64,000 nucleotides of DNA from Alphaproteobacteria bacterium. Its GTDB lineage: Bacteria > Pseudomonadota > Alphaproteobacteria > UBA828. How positions within the stretch are numbered: the stretch's first letter is position 1; every line of letters begins with the position of its first letter. Both the position numbers and the translations under genes were made by a program. Positions 10,467-20,510 of this stretch are shown one piece after another. The stretch is taken from assembly GCA_965214705.1 (NCBI GenBank), contig CBDCCI010000002.1:448001-512000 (forward strand), read 5' to 3'. Under the pieces are notes generated by a model. The model was given only the letters and a program-made list of their open reading frames with translations. It made no database searches and had not been told where the DNA came from.

Positions 10467-11636
10467 TCAACCCAAGGGGGGCAGTTGTGCGTCCAGTCCC
10501 ATTCTCCTGGCGATTGCCTGGCCGATCCTCTCGGCTGCTGCCTCAATGTCGCGATCTGCGAGGTGAGCGTAGCGCAAGGTCATTCGCACATTGGAGTGTC
10601 CGAGCAGCCGCGAAACCACTGGCACCGGCACACCGTTCATCACTGCGTGGCTAGCCAGAGTGTGACGGAGGTCGTGGAGGCGCACATCCTCGATGCCGGC
10701 TTCCTTGCGGACCCGGTGCCAGAGCTTGAAGTCCCGGTGGCGCGGCCGGGACGGATCGCGCGCCGACGGAAACACGAACGGACTCTCTCCCCGAGGTTGC
10801 CGTTCGAGAATACGCCGGGCCTGCGAGTTGAGGGGAACCTTCCGGGGCCCGGTCTTGCTGTCGGCCAGCATGAGCATGTCGCCCTGGACCTCGGACCAGC
10901 GCAGGCGCACGATCTCGCCCCTGCGGCACCCGGTCAGCAGCAGGAGCCGGATCAGGTCGGCCTGCTGGCGGTTGCCCCGCCCGGCTTGCCCGTCGAGCGC
11001 CCTGTGGAGGCGGGCGATCTCCTCGCGGGAGAGGAAGCGGGTGAGCTTCGGCCGGCGATTGGGTTCGATGCCTGCGGCCGGGTTGGCGTCAGCGTGACCG
11101 CGGTCGATGGCGAAGTTCATGATCTGGCGGAGGACGTCGAGGCCGCGGTTGGCGTTGACCGGGGCGGTCCGGCTGAACGCGTCGAACCACCGCCTGACCC
11201 GCGAGGGGGGAATGCGGTCGAGCGGGATCGAGCCGAACTCCGGCATCAGCTGGCTCGCGAGGAGCGAGCGGACACCCGTTTTCGTGGAGAGCTTGTAGCG
11301 CTGGAAATGCGCGTCCTTCCACTCGCCCTCGACGAACTCCCGGAACGAGAGGGCGCGGCCTTTGGGCACGCTCTCCCTGTCGGGCTCGTGGGCGAGCTGC
11401 CGCGCGAGGCAATCCCGGCGCGCCTCGGCGACGGTCCTGAGCGACACCGGACCCAGTGAGATGCGTTTCGAGCGCCCGCCGGATCGCTGCAACCAGACAT
11501 AGCTCTTCCCGCCGCCAGGCCGGACCCGGACCCCGAGGCCGGGGATGCGGTCGTCCCAGACGGTGAATTCCCGTTCTCGCGGACGGAGGCGTTCGACGGA
11601 GGCGTCGGTCAGCCGCATGCGTTCCCTGCCGGCCAT
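10467..11636 (-). CDS. Tyrosine recombinase/integrase (pair 1, second gene)
   Basis: N-terminal arm-binding-like domain, TGCRRGEI, HDLRHT, LGH and RYAH. Confidence 0.92.
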   Translation of the reverse strand: MAGRERMRLTDASVERLRPREREFTVWDDRIPGLGVRVRPGGGKSYVWLQRSGGRSKRISLGPVSLRTVAEARRDCLARQLAHEPDRESVPKGRALSFREFVEGEWKDAHFQRYKLSTKTGVRSLLASQLMPEFGSIPLDRIPPSRVRRWFDAFSRTAPVNANRGLDVLRQIMNFAIDRGHADANPAAGIEPNRRPKLTRFLSREEIARLHRALDGQAGRGNRQQADLIRLLLLTGCRRGEIVRLRWSEVQGDMLMLADSKTGPRKVPLNSQARRILERQPRGESPFVFPSARDPSRPRHRDFKLWHRVRKEAGIEDVRLHDLRHTLASHAVMNGVPVPVVSRLLGHSNVRMTLRYAHLADRDIEAAAERIGQAIARRMGLDAQLPPLG

Positions 11637-11639
11637 CGA

Positions 11640-12764
11640 TCAGTTTCCTTCCAGCACGGCGCCGACGGTCTCGGCGGCTTCCATCGTCATGGCGTCGCTG
11701 AGGTGCGTGTACTTGAGGGTCGTCTCCGGGTTGGCATGGCCGAGCAGCCGACCGATGGCGAGCACGGTCTCTCCCTCGCGCAGGGCGATGCTGGCATGGG
11801 TATGGCGGAGGTCGTGGAGACGAACGTCGTCCAGTTCCGCCTCGGCCCGGAGCTTCCACCAGAACCGGTCCAGCCAGTTGTTGCCCTGCGGGCCTGCCGT
11901 CCGGTACGAGGGGAACACCCAGCGGCCCTTTCGCTCCAGGGCGTCGAGAATGTTCCTGGCCGGCTCGGACAGCCAGACGGTTCGGGGACCCGTCTTCGAA
12001 TCGCGGAGGAACAGGCGCCCCTCTCGGTAGTCGGACCAGCGCAGCGTCAGGATTTCGCCCTTCCGGCATCCGGTCAGCAGGAGGAGGCGCACGAGCGCGA
12101 CCTGCTCCGGATGCCGCCCCTCATGGGCCGTGAGTGCCGCCGACAAGCGGCCGATCTCATCGTCCGACAGGAAGCGCTCCCGCCCCTCACGGCGGCAGCG
12201 CCGGATGCCCTTGCACGGGTTCGAGCCTTCGGGACGGAAGCCCATTGCCTCGGCCTCGCGCATGATGACGGAGAGCACCGGCATCGACCGGTCTGCGGCG
12301 ACCGGGGTGGCGCGCAGCGAAGCGAACCAGTTGGCGACGTCCCGGCTGTCGATGTCGGCGATCTGCCGTCCCGTGAAGTACGGCAGGATCTGGCTTCGCA
12401 GGTAGGCCCGGTTCACCGCCAGCGTTCCCGCCTTCCAGACCCGGCTGCGGCGCTCGAACACGGCTTCGGCGACGGCCTCGAAGAGGGTCTCGGCAGGATC
12501 GGGTGGCGGGTTCTCCCCCAGGCGGACCGCGGCGAGGACGGTCACGGCGCGCGATCGCGCCTCGCTGACATCCATGGTGGCGTCGTCGCCCATGATCTTC
12601 CAGACGCGCTCGCCGCGATGCTGGCAGTGGACGAAGAAGCGCTTGGCGCCCGAGGGCAATACCCGGAGGCCGAACCCCCTTAGCTTGCCGTCGCGAATGT
12701 CGTATGCGGTCTTGCGGGGCTTGAAGGCGCGGACGCGGGCGTCGGTAAGGTGGGTTCCAGGCAT
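11640..12764 (-). CDS. Tyrosine recombinase/integrase (pair 1, first gene)
   Basis: TGCRKGEI, HDLRHT, LGH and KYTH; close homolog of 32292-33416. Confidence 0.92.
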   Translation of the reverse strand: MPGTHLTDARVRAFKPRKTAYDIRDGKLRGFGLRVLPSGAKRFFVHCQHRGERVWKIMGDDATMDVSEARSRAVTVLAAVRLGENPPPDPAETLFEAVAEAVFERRSRVWKAGTLAVNRAYLRSQILPYFTGRQIADIDSRDVANWFASLRATPVAADRSMPVLSVIMREAEAMGFRPEGSNPCKGIRRCRREGRERFLSDDEIGRLSAALTAHEGRHPEQVALVRLLLLTGCRKGEILTLRWSDYREGRLFLRDSKTGPRTVWLSEPARNILDALERKGRWVFPSYRTAGPQGNNWLDRFWWKLRAEAELDDVRLHDLRHTHASIALREGETVLAIGRLLGHANPETTLKYTHLSDAMTMEAAETVGAVLEGN

Positions 12765-13027
12765 CTCCCCTCTTCCAGTTTCGGTTGCATCCTGGGAACC
12801 GGGAGTTGACGGATCCGTCCGGATGCAACAATGTGGGGGAGAAAAAACAACCCTTGTTCAGATAGTTAGAACCGCAGGTGCGAGTTGAGGTGTATTCCGG
12901 TTGGATCTCAGGCCGCCAGAATCCCCTTGGATCGATTTTCCTGTTGGTGCTGTTGGGCCTGTGGGCAAGGCGCGGAGCGGCTTGTCCATCATATCCACAG
13001 GCACCTCGCCCCGGTAGGCCTCGGCCG

Positions 13028-13460
13028 GGGTATGTCCGATGGTCTGTGTAAGCTGGCTTGGTGGGCATGTCGCTTTCCGGCCTCAGCGCGCTGAGGCCGG
13101 AAAGCGCTCCTCGAACAGGATCGCAAACTGCCCCATCGCGGCGGTCCACTCAATGGGCCGTCGCCAACAGACGCTGGCGTTGCGGATCGCCAGGAACAAC
13201 AGCTTGGTTGCCGCCTCGTCGTTGGGAAAGCTGCCCCCCGGTCTTGATGATCTTGCGCAACGAACGGTGCAAACTCTCCAAGGCGTTGGTGGTGTAGATC
13301 ATCTTCCGGATCGCCGGCGGGAAGGCGAACATCGGCACCACGTGCTCCCAAGCGCGCCGCCAGGCCGGGACGATCACCGGATAGCGCGACCCCAGTGGGC
13401 TTCGAACCGCGCTCGAGCCGGGCCGCTGCCGCCTCGGCCCGGTAGATCGCCTTGCGATTC
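13028..13460 (-). pseudogene. IS256-family transposase 3' remnant with right end
   Basis: [20 protein letters not shown] motif with frameshifts; end TTACACAGACCATCGGACATACC. Confidence 0.8.
13071..13106. repeat. Perfect 36-bp palindrome
   Basis: CGCTTTCCGGCCTCAGCGCGCTGAGGCCGGAAAGCG equals its own reverse complement. Confidence 0.9.
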
Positions 13461-13551
13461 CATCGATAAAGGTTGAACAGGCCTTGAATCAACGCTTTGG
13501 GGCGACCGGACAATCCGATGCCGGAACTGCCGGCTAACAAAATGCCATTGC

Positions 13552-14428
13552 TCAGGGGCCGGGCTCGCCCGCGAGCTTCATCAGGAAATCGCCGTAGATA
13601 CTCTTGCCCCGGGCGGCGTCCCAATTCGGCCAGCGCCGCGCGGTCGATCCAGCCGTTCAGGAAGGCGATCTCTTCCGGTACGGCGATGCGCTGGTTCTGG
13701 CGCTTCTCGATGATCTGCACGAACGCGGCTGCCTCCACTAGGCTGTCGTGCGTCCCGATGTCGAACCAAGTGTATCCCCGGCCCAACTGCTCGACCTGGA
13801 GGTCGCCGCGATCGAGATAGCGCCGGTTGACGTCGCTGATCTCAAGCTCGCCGCGGGCGCTCGGCCTGACCTCTTCGGCGATGCGGACGACGTCATTGTC
13901 GTAGAAGTAGAGCCCCGTCACCGCCCAGCGAGAGCGCGGCCGCTCAGGCTTCTCCTCAATGGACTTGGCGCGGCCCGCCTCATCGAAGGCGACGACGCCG
14001 TAGCGCTCGGGATCGTGAACCCGGTAGCCGAATACAGTGGCGCCCTTCTCGCGGGCGGCGGCGCGGCGCAGCTTCTCGCTCAGCCCGTGCCCATAAAAGA
14101 TGTTGTCGCCGAGCGCAAGGGCGCAGGCATCGTTCCCTATAAAATCCTTGCCGATGAGAAAGGCCTGGGCGATCCCGTCGGGGCTCGGCTGCACCGCATG
14201 GCGAAGCGCGAGGCCCCACTCGCTGCCGTCGCCCAGCAGCTGCCGGAAGCTGGGGCTGTCCTGGGGCGTGGCGATCACCAGGATGTCCCGGATCCCGGCC
14301 AGCATCAGCGTGCTGAGAGGATAATAGATCATGGGTTTGTCGTAGACGGGCAGGAGTTGCTTGCTGCTGACGCTCGTGACCGGGTGGAGCCGCGTGCCCG
14401 CTCCGCCTGCGAGAACGATGCCTTTCAT
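13552..14428 (-). CDS. rfbA: Glucose-1-phosphate thymidylyltransferase, +1 frameshift near the C-terminus (~13610)
   Basis: [33 protein letters not shown]; the native tail GKSIYGDFL lies in another frame. Confidence 0.92.
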
Positions 14429-14488
14429 CCTGTTCTCATCCGCCGTGATCCCGGGTTCGTCCATCCCACGAGGTTTCGCGCCGCGCTC

Positions 14489-14720
14489 TCAGGCTCCCGC
14501 CGGGCCGACGCCATCCCTGGCGCACATGTAGCGCTCCAGCGCGTCATGCCACGCCGGCAGGGGGCCGAACGCTGCCGCGACCCTGGAATTGTCAAGCACA
14601 CTATAGCACGGGCGCGCCGCACGCACCGGGTATTCTCCGGTCGCGCACGGGATGACATCCGCCGGGATGGCCGCGCGGGACACGATCGCGCGCGCGAACC
14701 GGCCCATGGCCCGAGGCTCG
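14489..14720 (-). pseudogene. rfbD: dTDP-4-dehydrorhamnose reductase C-terminal fragment
   Basis: YPVRAARPCYSVLDNSR...W..AL is the typical RmlD C-terminus; N-terminus missing. Confidence 0.75.
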
Positions 14721-14751
14721 GCGTTCGTTCCGCCCCGCGCGGCGCGCGCTC

Positions 14752-15309
14752 TCACGGGCTGAACGGGCTCGTGAGCTCCGAGAGCATCGGCTGTCCCAGG
14801 TCCTTGTCGGAAAGCACCACCTCGTCCGCCGGGAGCGGCCACTGGATGCCCAGGGCCGGATCGTTCCACAGGAGACCCCTGTCGTGTTCCGGCGAATAGA
14901 GGTCGCTGACCTTGTAGAGGACCTCGGTATCGGCCTCAAGGGTCATGAACCCGTGGGCGAAGCCGACCGGAACCAGGACCTGATTCCACGCCTCGGCGGA
15001 CAGTACGACGCTTGCGTGCCGGCCGTAGGTGGCCGAACCCTGCCGCAAATCGACCGCGACATCGAACACCGAACCCCGCACCACACGCACCAGCTTGTCC
15101 TGCGCGAACGGCGGCGCCTGGAAGTGCAGCCCCCGGAGGGTTCCCTTCTGCGCCGAAAGCGAGTGGTTGTCCTGCACGAAATCGATCTCGATCCCTGCCT
15201 CCAGAAGCTCCTTCCTGCTGTACACCTCCGAGAAGAAGCCGCGGCTGTCTCCGTGCTTCTCGGGTCTCAGCACCTTCACCTCTGAGATGGACGACTCTCG
15301 GATATGCAC
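14752..15309 (-). CDS. rfbC: dTDP-4-dehydrorhamnose 3,5-epimerase
   Basis: DSRGFFSE, QDNHSLS, GTLRGLHFQ, GFAHGF. Confidence 0.95.
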   Translation of the reverse strand: MHIRESSISEVKVLRPEKHGDSRGFFSEVYSRKELLEAGIEIDFVQDNHSLSAQKGTLRGLHFQAPPFAQDKLVRVVRGSVFDVAVDLRQGSATYGRHASVVLSAEAWNQVLVPVGFAHGFMTLEADTEVLYKVSDLYSPEHDRGLLWNDPALGIQWPLPADEVVLSDKDLGQPMLSELTSPFSP

Positions 15310-15709
15310 GCCAGCCCGCTCCTCGCCGATCACGCTCGTCGGGGGAGAGCGTTCACCATGCCTGACCCGCTGCAGGCGACCGACCGGGCTGCAATGTTAG
15401 CGCACGGCCGGCTTTTGGGCCACGCGGAGCGCGCGGCCTCTCAATGCGGATGGCTGCGAGAAACCGCGCTTAGATGGTGCTCATGTAACTGCCCAGGTTA
15501 TACCAATCCGACACGGATTTGGCTCATGTTGGTTGATGTAGGGTATTGCGGCTGTTCTTCCGCAACATATTGTGGTGCGGGCTGGCTTGGTTGTGGGGGG
15601 GTGCGATGGTGTTGGCGGTTACGATCACGCGGACGACGCATCCGTCGGACGAGCTTCGGAACCTTGCGCGTGCGAGTTCGGACATCAGGCAGCGCACCCG
15701 TCTTTTGAT

Positions 15710-15977
15710 GGATGTCGTCGTCCAGCGACAGAATGACTTCGTTGGTTGCATCCTCGTAAGCCAGAAAACGCCGCGCCATGCCGTATCGACGGTCTATGTC
15801 GCCGTAGTCGCGCCGATGCACCATGCGGCACCGCTCGCTCTCGTAGTCGAACGCCGTGTCCAGTTTGCCGTACGAGATGATGATCTCGTCGATCTGCGGG
15901 CATTGTGCGAGGATCGGAAGAATGATGTGCTTCAGTTTGTACGGTCGTTCCCAGTTGAGGATAACCGCCGAAATCAT
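15710..15977 (-). pseudogene. Glycosyltransferase N-terminal fragment
   Basis: ISAVILNWER ... LSLDDD (DxD), after which similarity breaks off. Confidence 0.6.
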
Positions 15978-16007
15978 GCTCGACTCCCGTATCGGTTCAG
16001 GCAGCCC

Positions 16008-16850
16008 TCAGTCCGGCGAATAGCCGAACATCCGACAATCCTCCGCGTACCGCGTTCGGAGCAACGCCTTGTTCTGCGGGGTCAGGTGCGCGTCTCTGGC
16101 GGCCGATCTGGCGGTGTTGAGCGCGCCCGGCGTCGTCTCCCATCCCGCCATCGTGTTCAACATTGGCAGCGCCGGCGCTGGCATACCGAGATGCTCGGCG
16201 ATCCGCTTCATATCGGCGTCGAGGGTCTCGAAACGGCCGACGAAATCGGGCAAGCGGTTTATGCCCCCCTCCCCGAGGTCGATCTGCATGTACTGGGACA
16301 GAAAATGCTTTTCGCCGAAGGCGTCCGAGCCATAGGGCGTGTTCAGCCAACGGCAGACATCGTCGAAGTCGCCCGTTTCCGCCAGACCGTAGAACAGGTC
16401 GAAGAGGGTCTGACGTTTCCTACCTTTGTGGCGGCGTTGTTCTCCCGTGTAGATCGCATGGGCGACATGCAATTCATGCCAGAACGAGAGCGCCCGGTCG
16501 AACGGGTGCCTGACGAACGCGAAGCTGTAGTAGCTCCTCGCTTCGGGACGCATCGCGTACACGTCTCGGACATGTTTGCTGCGGAATATCTCGGCTTCGG
16601 GATCGGCGCATCGCAGCGCCCGCATGAGGCTGCGCGACGCCACTTTGGGGACGCATATCCAGAGCCACCGGTACCTGTGGGAGACGATCTTCTCCGCCCG
16701 CTGATCGGGCTTCAGATGCGCCGTATGCGCCATGCGCTTCGCGTCGCGGAACCTCCCGTGCGACAACGCGCCCGCGACGTCTCTGGCGATGGGCGGGTTC
16801 GATGCGACGGCGGCCAGCACTCTCAAGTAGCGTTTCGGCTTGTCAATCAT
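16008..16850 (-). CDS. Sulfotransferase family 2 protein
   Basis: VPKVASRS (5'-PSB), FVRHPFDRALSFW (3'-PB), HFLSQ, FVGRFE. Confidence 0.85.
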   Translation of the reverse strand: MIDKPKRYLRVLAAVASNPPIARDVAGALSHGRFRDAKRMAHTAHLKPDQRAEKIVSHRYRWLWICVPKVASRSLMRALRCADPEAEIFRSKHVRDVYAMRPEARSYYSFAFVRHPFDRALSFWHELHVAHAIYTGEQRRHKGRKRQTLFDLFYGLAETGDFDDVCRWLNTPYGSDAFGEKHFLSQYMQIDLGEGGINRLPDFVGRFETLDADMKRIAEHLGMPAPALPMLNTMAGWETTPGALNTARSAARDAHLTPQNKALLRTRYAEDCRMFGYSPD

Positions 16851-17750
16851 GGCTGGTCTGAAAACGGCTCTTTCAACGTCCCTGAACGGCGCCGGATCGT
16901 CTCCGCGTCGAGATCGCTCGCCTCGCCCTCGGGAACCGTCGAGAATAGTTGGTCGAGGAAAGTCCCCGGACGGGCTTTCGCCATATCCAGCCGCCAATCC
17001 AGAAAATACAACGGCGTGAGCCCGTCGTCTATTGCCCGTCGCGCGTCTTCGGAAAGGGGCTGGCACAACTGCCCGAACTGACGCGGTCCGGTAAGGTCGG
17101 TCGGGGACCGCTTCGGCGTGGCGTCCCAGATTCGCCGCATCTCCGGGTGTTTCGCGTAGCAATACTTGAAGAGGTAAAACAGCCAGCCGTACGGAGCGGA
17201 TTTGATGACGTTTCTGAACAGAGGCGAGACATAGACCAGGGGGTGCCGCCGGATCCACCTTCCGAGGGCGAGCAGCGGCCAAAAGGCATAGGCGGTGCGG
17301 AGGGGAACCATCCCATCCCCAACGTTTCGTGCGAGGTCGTTCGAGACTTCCACAACCCAACCGATGGGGGACCGTTTTCGCAGCGAATCGCGCAGTCGAG
17401 GCGGGCAGCCTATCCAGTAGGCGCGCATTTCACGGCGCCAGATATCCACCGCGCGGTTGCCGCGCGCCGCCGCCAGGAAGCCGCAGAGGGGCGCCTGGCT
17501 CCACCCAAAGCCGAAGAAGCCGCTGTGCAGATATCCGAAGAGCCATTCGTCCAGCGGGCGCCGACAGAACAAGGCAGCGTCGACCCATACGCCGCCATAG
17601 GTCGCCAGCAATTCGATACGGACGATGTCGGACAAGGCTTGGGGGGTGAAATCCTTCTCCGGCGCAGCGGAAAAACCGGACAGGTCGATGTAGGCGGGCA
17701 AGGTTTCCGCGTCCAGGACGCGGATCGTCCAATCTTTAGGGTTGAGCAGG
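16847..17750 (-). pseudogene. Capsular polysaccharide synthesis glycosyltransferase, C-terminal part (split by IS91-like element)
   Basis: SDIVRIELLATYGGVWVDA motif; N-terminus lies at 20408-20510. Confidence 0.8.
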
Positions 17751-18039
17751 TTCGCGAGAGCGATCCTGCTCAACCTGTTTGAACGAAGCCGCGGGCCCCG
17801 AGACTGGACGTTGGATATGTGGAAAGTGCGCCGGTGGCGCGCTTAGGAAGGGATGACTGGCGGGATGCCTGTTGTCGCGGCTGCTGTTTCAGTCCGGGCT
17901 GGGCCGGCCTTCGGCACGTGAATCGGGGAGATCGATCGGGTCGAGCGGCGCGCCTGCGTGCATGATCGGGATCGAGCACGAGTTGCCCGGCTTGCCGGCG
18001 AGACGGCGCCGACGCACGAAGCTGAAGCGAAGGGATTAC

Positions 18040-19290
18040 TCACGGTTGCAACCCGTGGTTCGGCCATTCGTTGGGCGGCGCCCGGCTCGCGTGGGCGGGG
18101 CGCCGGCGCGGGATTTCGCGGACCAGGCGCAGCGCTGCGCCGCAATGGGGGCAGGCCACGGGAGCGGTTCCGGGGTCCGCTATTTCGTCGCGCTCGCGCT
18201 CGCCTTCGGGCGCATCGTCATCGACACACTCGTCGTCGGGACAGCCGATAGGGCCGAGGGCTTCGCGCGCGCGCTCCAGCGTCCTGGCGCGGCATCCGTT
18301 GGCGAGGATGCCGAAGTGACGGATGCGGTGCATCCCGTCGGGCAGGACATGGAGCAGGAAGCGGCGGATGAACTCGTCGACGCTGACGGTCATGGTGCCG
18401 TAGCGGGGCTTGCTCTGCCCTGGCCCCTTGGGCTTTCGGTGCCGGAAGGAGACGGTCTCGCCGTCGAAGGCCGTGATGCGGCTGTCGGAGATTGCGATCC
18501 GGTGGGTGTAGCGGGCGAGGTATCGGAACACCTGCCCAGGCCCGCGGAAGGGCCGCTTGGCGTAGACCACCCAGTCCCTGCTGCGTGCGGCGGCGAGTGT
18601 GGCGTGGAACTCGCCGGGGTTGGCGAGATGGGCGACGGTGCCGTGGAACTCCAGCTCGCCGCGGCCATGGGCGAGAGCCAACTCTTCGAGGAAGCGGCGG
18701 CGAAAGAAGCTGGCCAGGACCTTGACGGGGGCGAAGAAGGTGCCGCTCCCGGTCTTCCACTCGCCGCTCTCGACATCGAAGCCCGCGTTGGGCACCACCA
18801 CGTGCAGATGGGGATGGAAGCGGAGCTTCTGGTCCCACGTATGAAGGACGGCGGTGCCGCCGATGCGCATGCCCCCATGCCGGGGATCGGCGGCGATGGT
18901 GCGCAGGGTCTCGGCGACCGTCTTGAACAGGATGCCGAAGACGACCCTGCGGTTGCCGAAGCCGATGGCGGCGATCTGGGCTGGCAGGGTGAAGACCGCG
19001 TGGAAGTAGGGCACCGGCAGGAGCTCGGCGGCGCGTGCCTCGCTCCATCGGTTGGCTGCCAACCCCTGGCAGCTCGGGCAGTGGCGGTTGCGACAGGAAT
19101 TGTAAAGCGGATGCTCGCGCCCGCAGCCCTCACAGGCGTAGATGTGCCCGCCGAGCACGGCGGTGCGGCACGCCTCGATCGCAGCCATGACCTTGAGCCG
19201 GGCGGCGTCGATGCGCCCCTTGCAGCGCTCACGGAAAGCGAGGCCGGCGCGGCGGAAGATGTCCGCCACGCCGACGTTCTGGCGATCCAC
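18040..19290 (-). CDS. IS91-family (Y2/HUH) transposase
   Basis: SCRNRHCPSCQ zinc finger, HTW...HPHLH, YLARY. Confidence 0.93.
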   Translation of the reverse strand: MDRQNVGVADIFRRAGLAFRERCKGRIDAARLKVMAAIEACRTAVLGGHIYACEGCGREHPLYNSCRNRHCPSCQGLAANRWSEARAAELLPVPYFHAVFTLPAQIAAIGFGNRRVVFGILFKTVAETLRTIAADPRHGGMRIGGTAVLHTWDQKLRFHPHLHVVVPNAGFDVESGEWKTGSGTFFAPVKVLASFFRRRFLEELALAHGRGELEFHGTVAHLANPGEFHATLAAARSRDWVVYAKRPFRGPGQVFRYLARYTHRIAISDSRITAFDGETVSFRHRKPKGPGQSKPRYGTMTVSVDEFIRRFLLHVLPDGMHRIRHFGILANGCRARTLERAREALGPIGCPDDECVDDDAPEGERERDEIADPGTAPVACPHCGAALRLVREIPRRRPAHASRAPPNEWPNHGLQP

Positions 19291-19296
19291 GCCGGA

Positions 19297-20175
19297 TCAG
19301 CGGCGAAGCAGCGGAAAGTCCGAGATGGGGTGATCGAGGCCCTCGAACATCCTGGCGGTGGAGCGCGCGTACTCGCGGGTCGTGTCCGCACGACGATGGC
19401 CGAGCATGTCGCGGATCACCTCCATGTTGCCGCCCCGCTCATGAAGATGGGTGGCGGCCGAATGACGCAGGCAGTGGAAGGTGTGGCGGCTGTCGACGCC
19501 GGCCCGCTCGCGCGCCTTCTTGAAGGCCACGTGCAGGTCCCCTGTCCGGATGGGCACGTCGGGCGAGGCGCCATAGAAGAGCCAGGTCACCGGCTGCGGC
19601 CAGATGTTCTTGTAGAAGCCGCGCAGGTAATGGATGACGGCTTCCGGAATCGGTGCCATCCTCTCGGTGCCGCCCTTGCCGGAAGGGATGTGTAGCAGCT
19701 TCTGGTCCGACTTGATGTCGCCGATCTTGATGGCCACGGTCTCGGAGATGCGAAGCCCGACACCGTAGGCGGTGACGATGGCGGCGCGGTACCGGAGGTC
19801 GGGCGTTGCGAGGATGATGCGCTCGACCTCCTCCTCCTCCATGTGTCGCGGCAGCTTGCGGGGCTTCTTGCGGGCGCGCAGCCCGGCCACGCGCTCAGGG
19901 CATCCCAGGGTCTCGGCATAGAAGAACTTCAGGGCGGCGACGGTGACGTTGGTCGTCGCCGGCTTCAGGCCGCGATCGATGCCGGACAGGACCCAGGCGC
20001 GCACCTGGTCGGCGTCGAGGTCGGCCGGCGAGGCCTTGTAGTGCTTGGCAAGCTGCGCGATCTCGCCGATGTAGATGGTCTGCGTGCTCTCGGCGAAGTT
20101 GGCGATGCGCATCTGGTCGATCATGCGCTGGCGAAGAGGGCTGCCCGTTGTCCCCTCGGCTGTGGTCTCGGTCAT
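19297..20175 (-). CDS. Tyrosine recombinase of the IS91-like element
   Basis: LRQRMIDQM N-terminus, GLRISE, HCLRHS, LGH, Y. Confidence 0.9.
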   Translation of the reverse strand: MTETTAEGTTGSPLRQRMIDQMRIANFAESTQTIYIGEIAQLAKHYKASPADLDADQVRAWVLSGIDRGLKPATTNVTVAALKFFYAETLGCPERVAGLRARKKPRKLPRHMEEEEVERIILATPDLRYRAAIVTAYGVGLRISETVAIKIGDIKSDQKLLHIPSGKGGTERMAPIPEAVIHYLRGFYKNIWPQPVTWLFYGASPDVPIRTGDLHVAFKKARERAGVDSRHTFHCLRHSAATHLHERGGNMEVIRDMLGHRRADTTREYARSTARMFEGLDHPISDFPLLRR

Positions 20176-20407
20176 CGTCGATCTCCCGTGATCGCGACGG
20201 CGAGCCGCCGGACCGTTCCGACGACGGACCGTCTCGGGGATCGATGCTAACCACTGGTGATCGGGAACATGCCGGCCACTCGCCCGACCGGCGCTGCGCC
20301 AATGGACGCAATCTGAAGCGCGCGCGACACCTGCCAGCAGCGCACCCCGCACATCGAGGAAATGAACGAACGCTAGGCCGCCAACTCCGCGTAGCGGCTT
20401 CGTTCAA

Positions 20408-20510
20408 CCGGGATTGTGGTATTCCCAGGAGCGCAGGCAACGTTTCACCAGTTCCGGCGCGTTCTCCCGGCCCTGGAGCCAGAGCATCCAGATGGTCCGG
20501 GGGCAATCGG
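20408..20510 (-). pseudogene. N-terminal part of the split capsular polysaccharide synthesis gene
   Basis: Translates as LPRTIWMLWLQGRENAPELVKRCLRSWEYHNP. Confidence 0.75.

Larger units (their letters stand above)
17779..20407 (-). mobile_element. Two-gene IS91-like element (integrase plus Y2 transposase) with 14-bp terminal inverted repeats
   Basis: TTGAACGAAGCCGC at 17779-17792 and its reverse complement at 20394-20407; the interrupted gene continues on both sides. Confidence 0.85.

Noticed and set aside
12989-14464. 491-aa extended RmlA
   Set aside because: The extension results from a +1 frameshift reading into IS256 remnants
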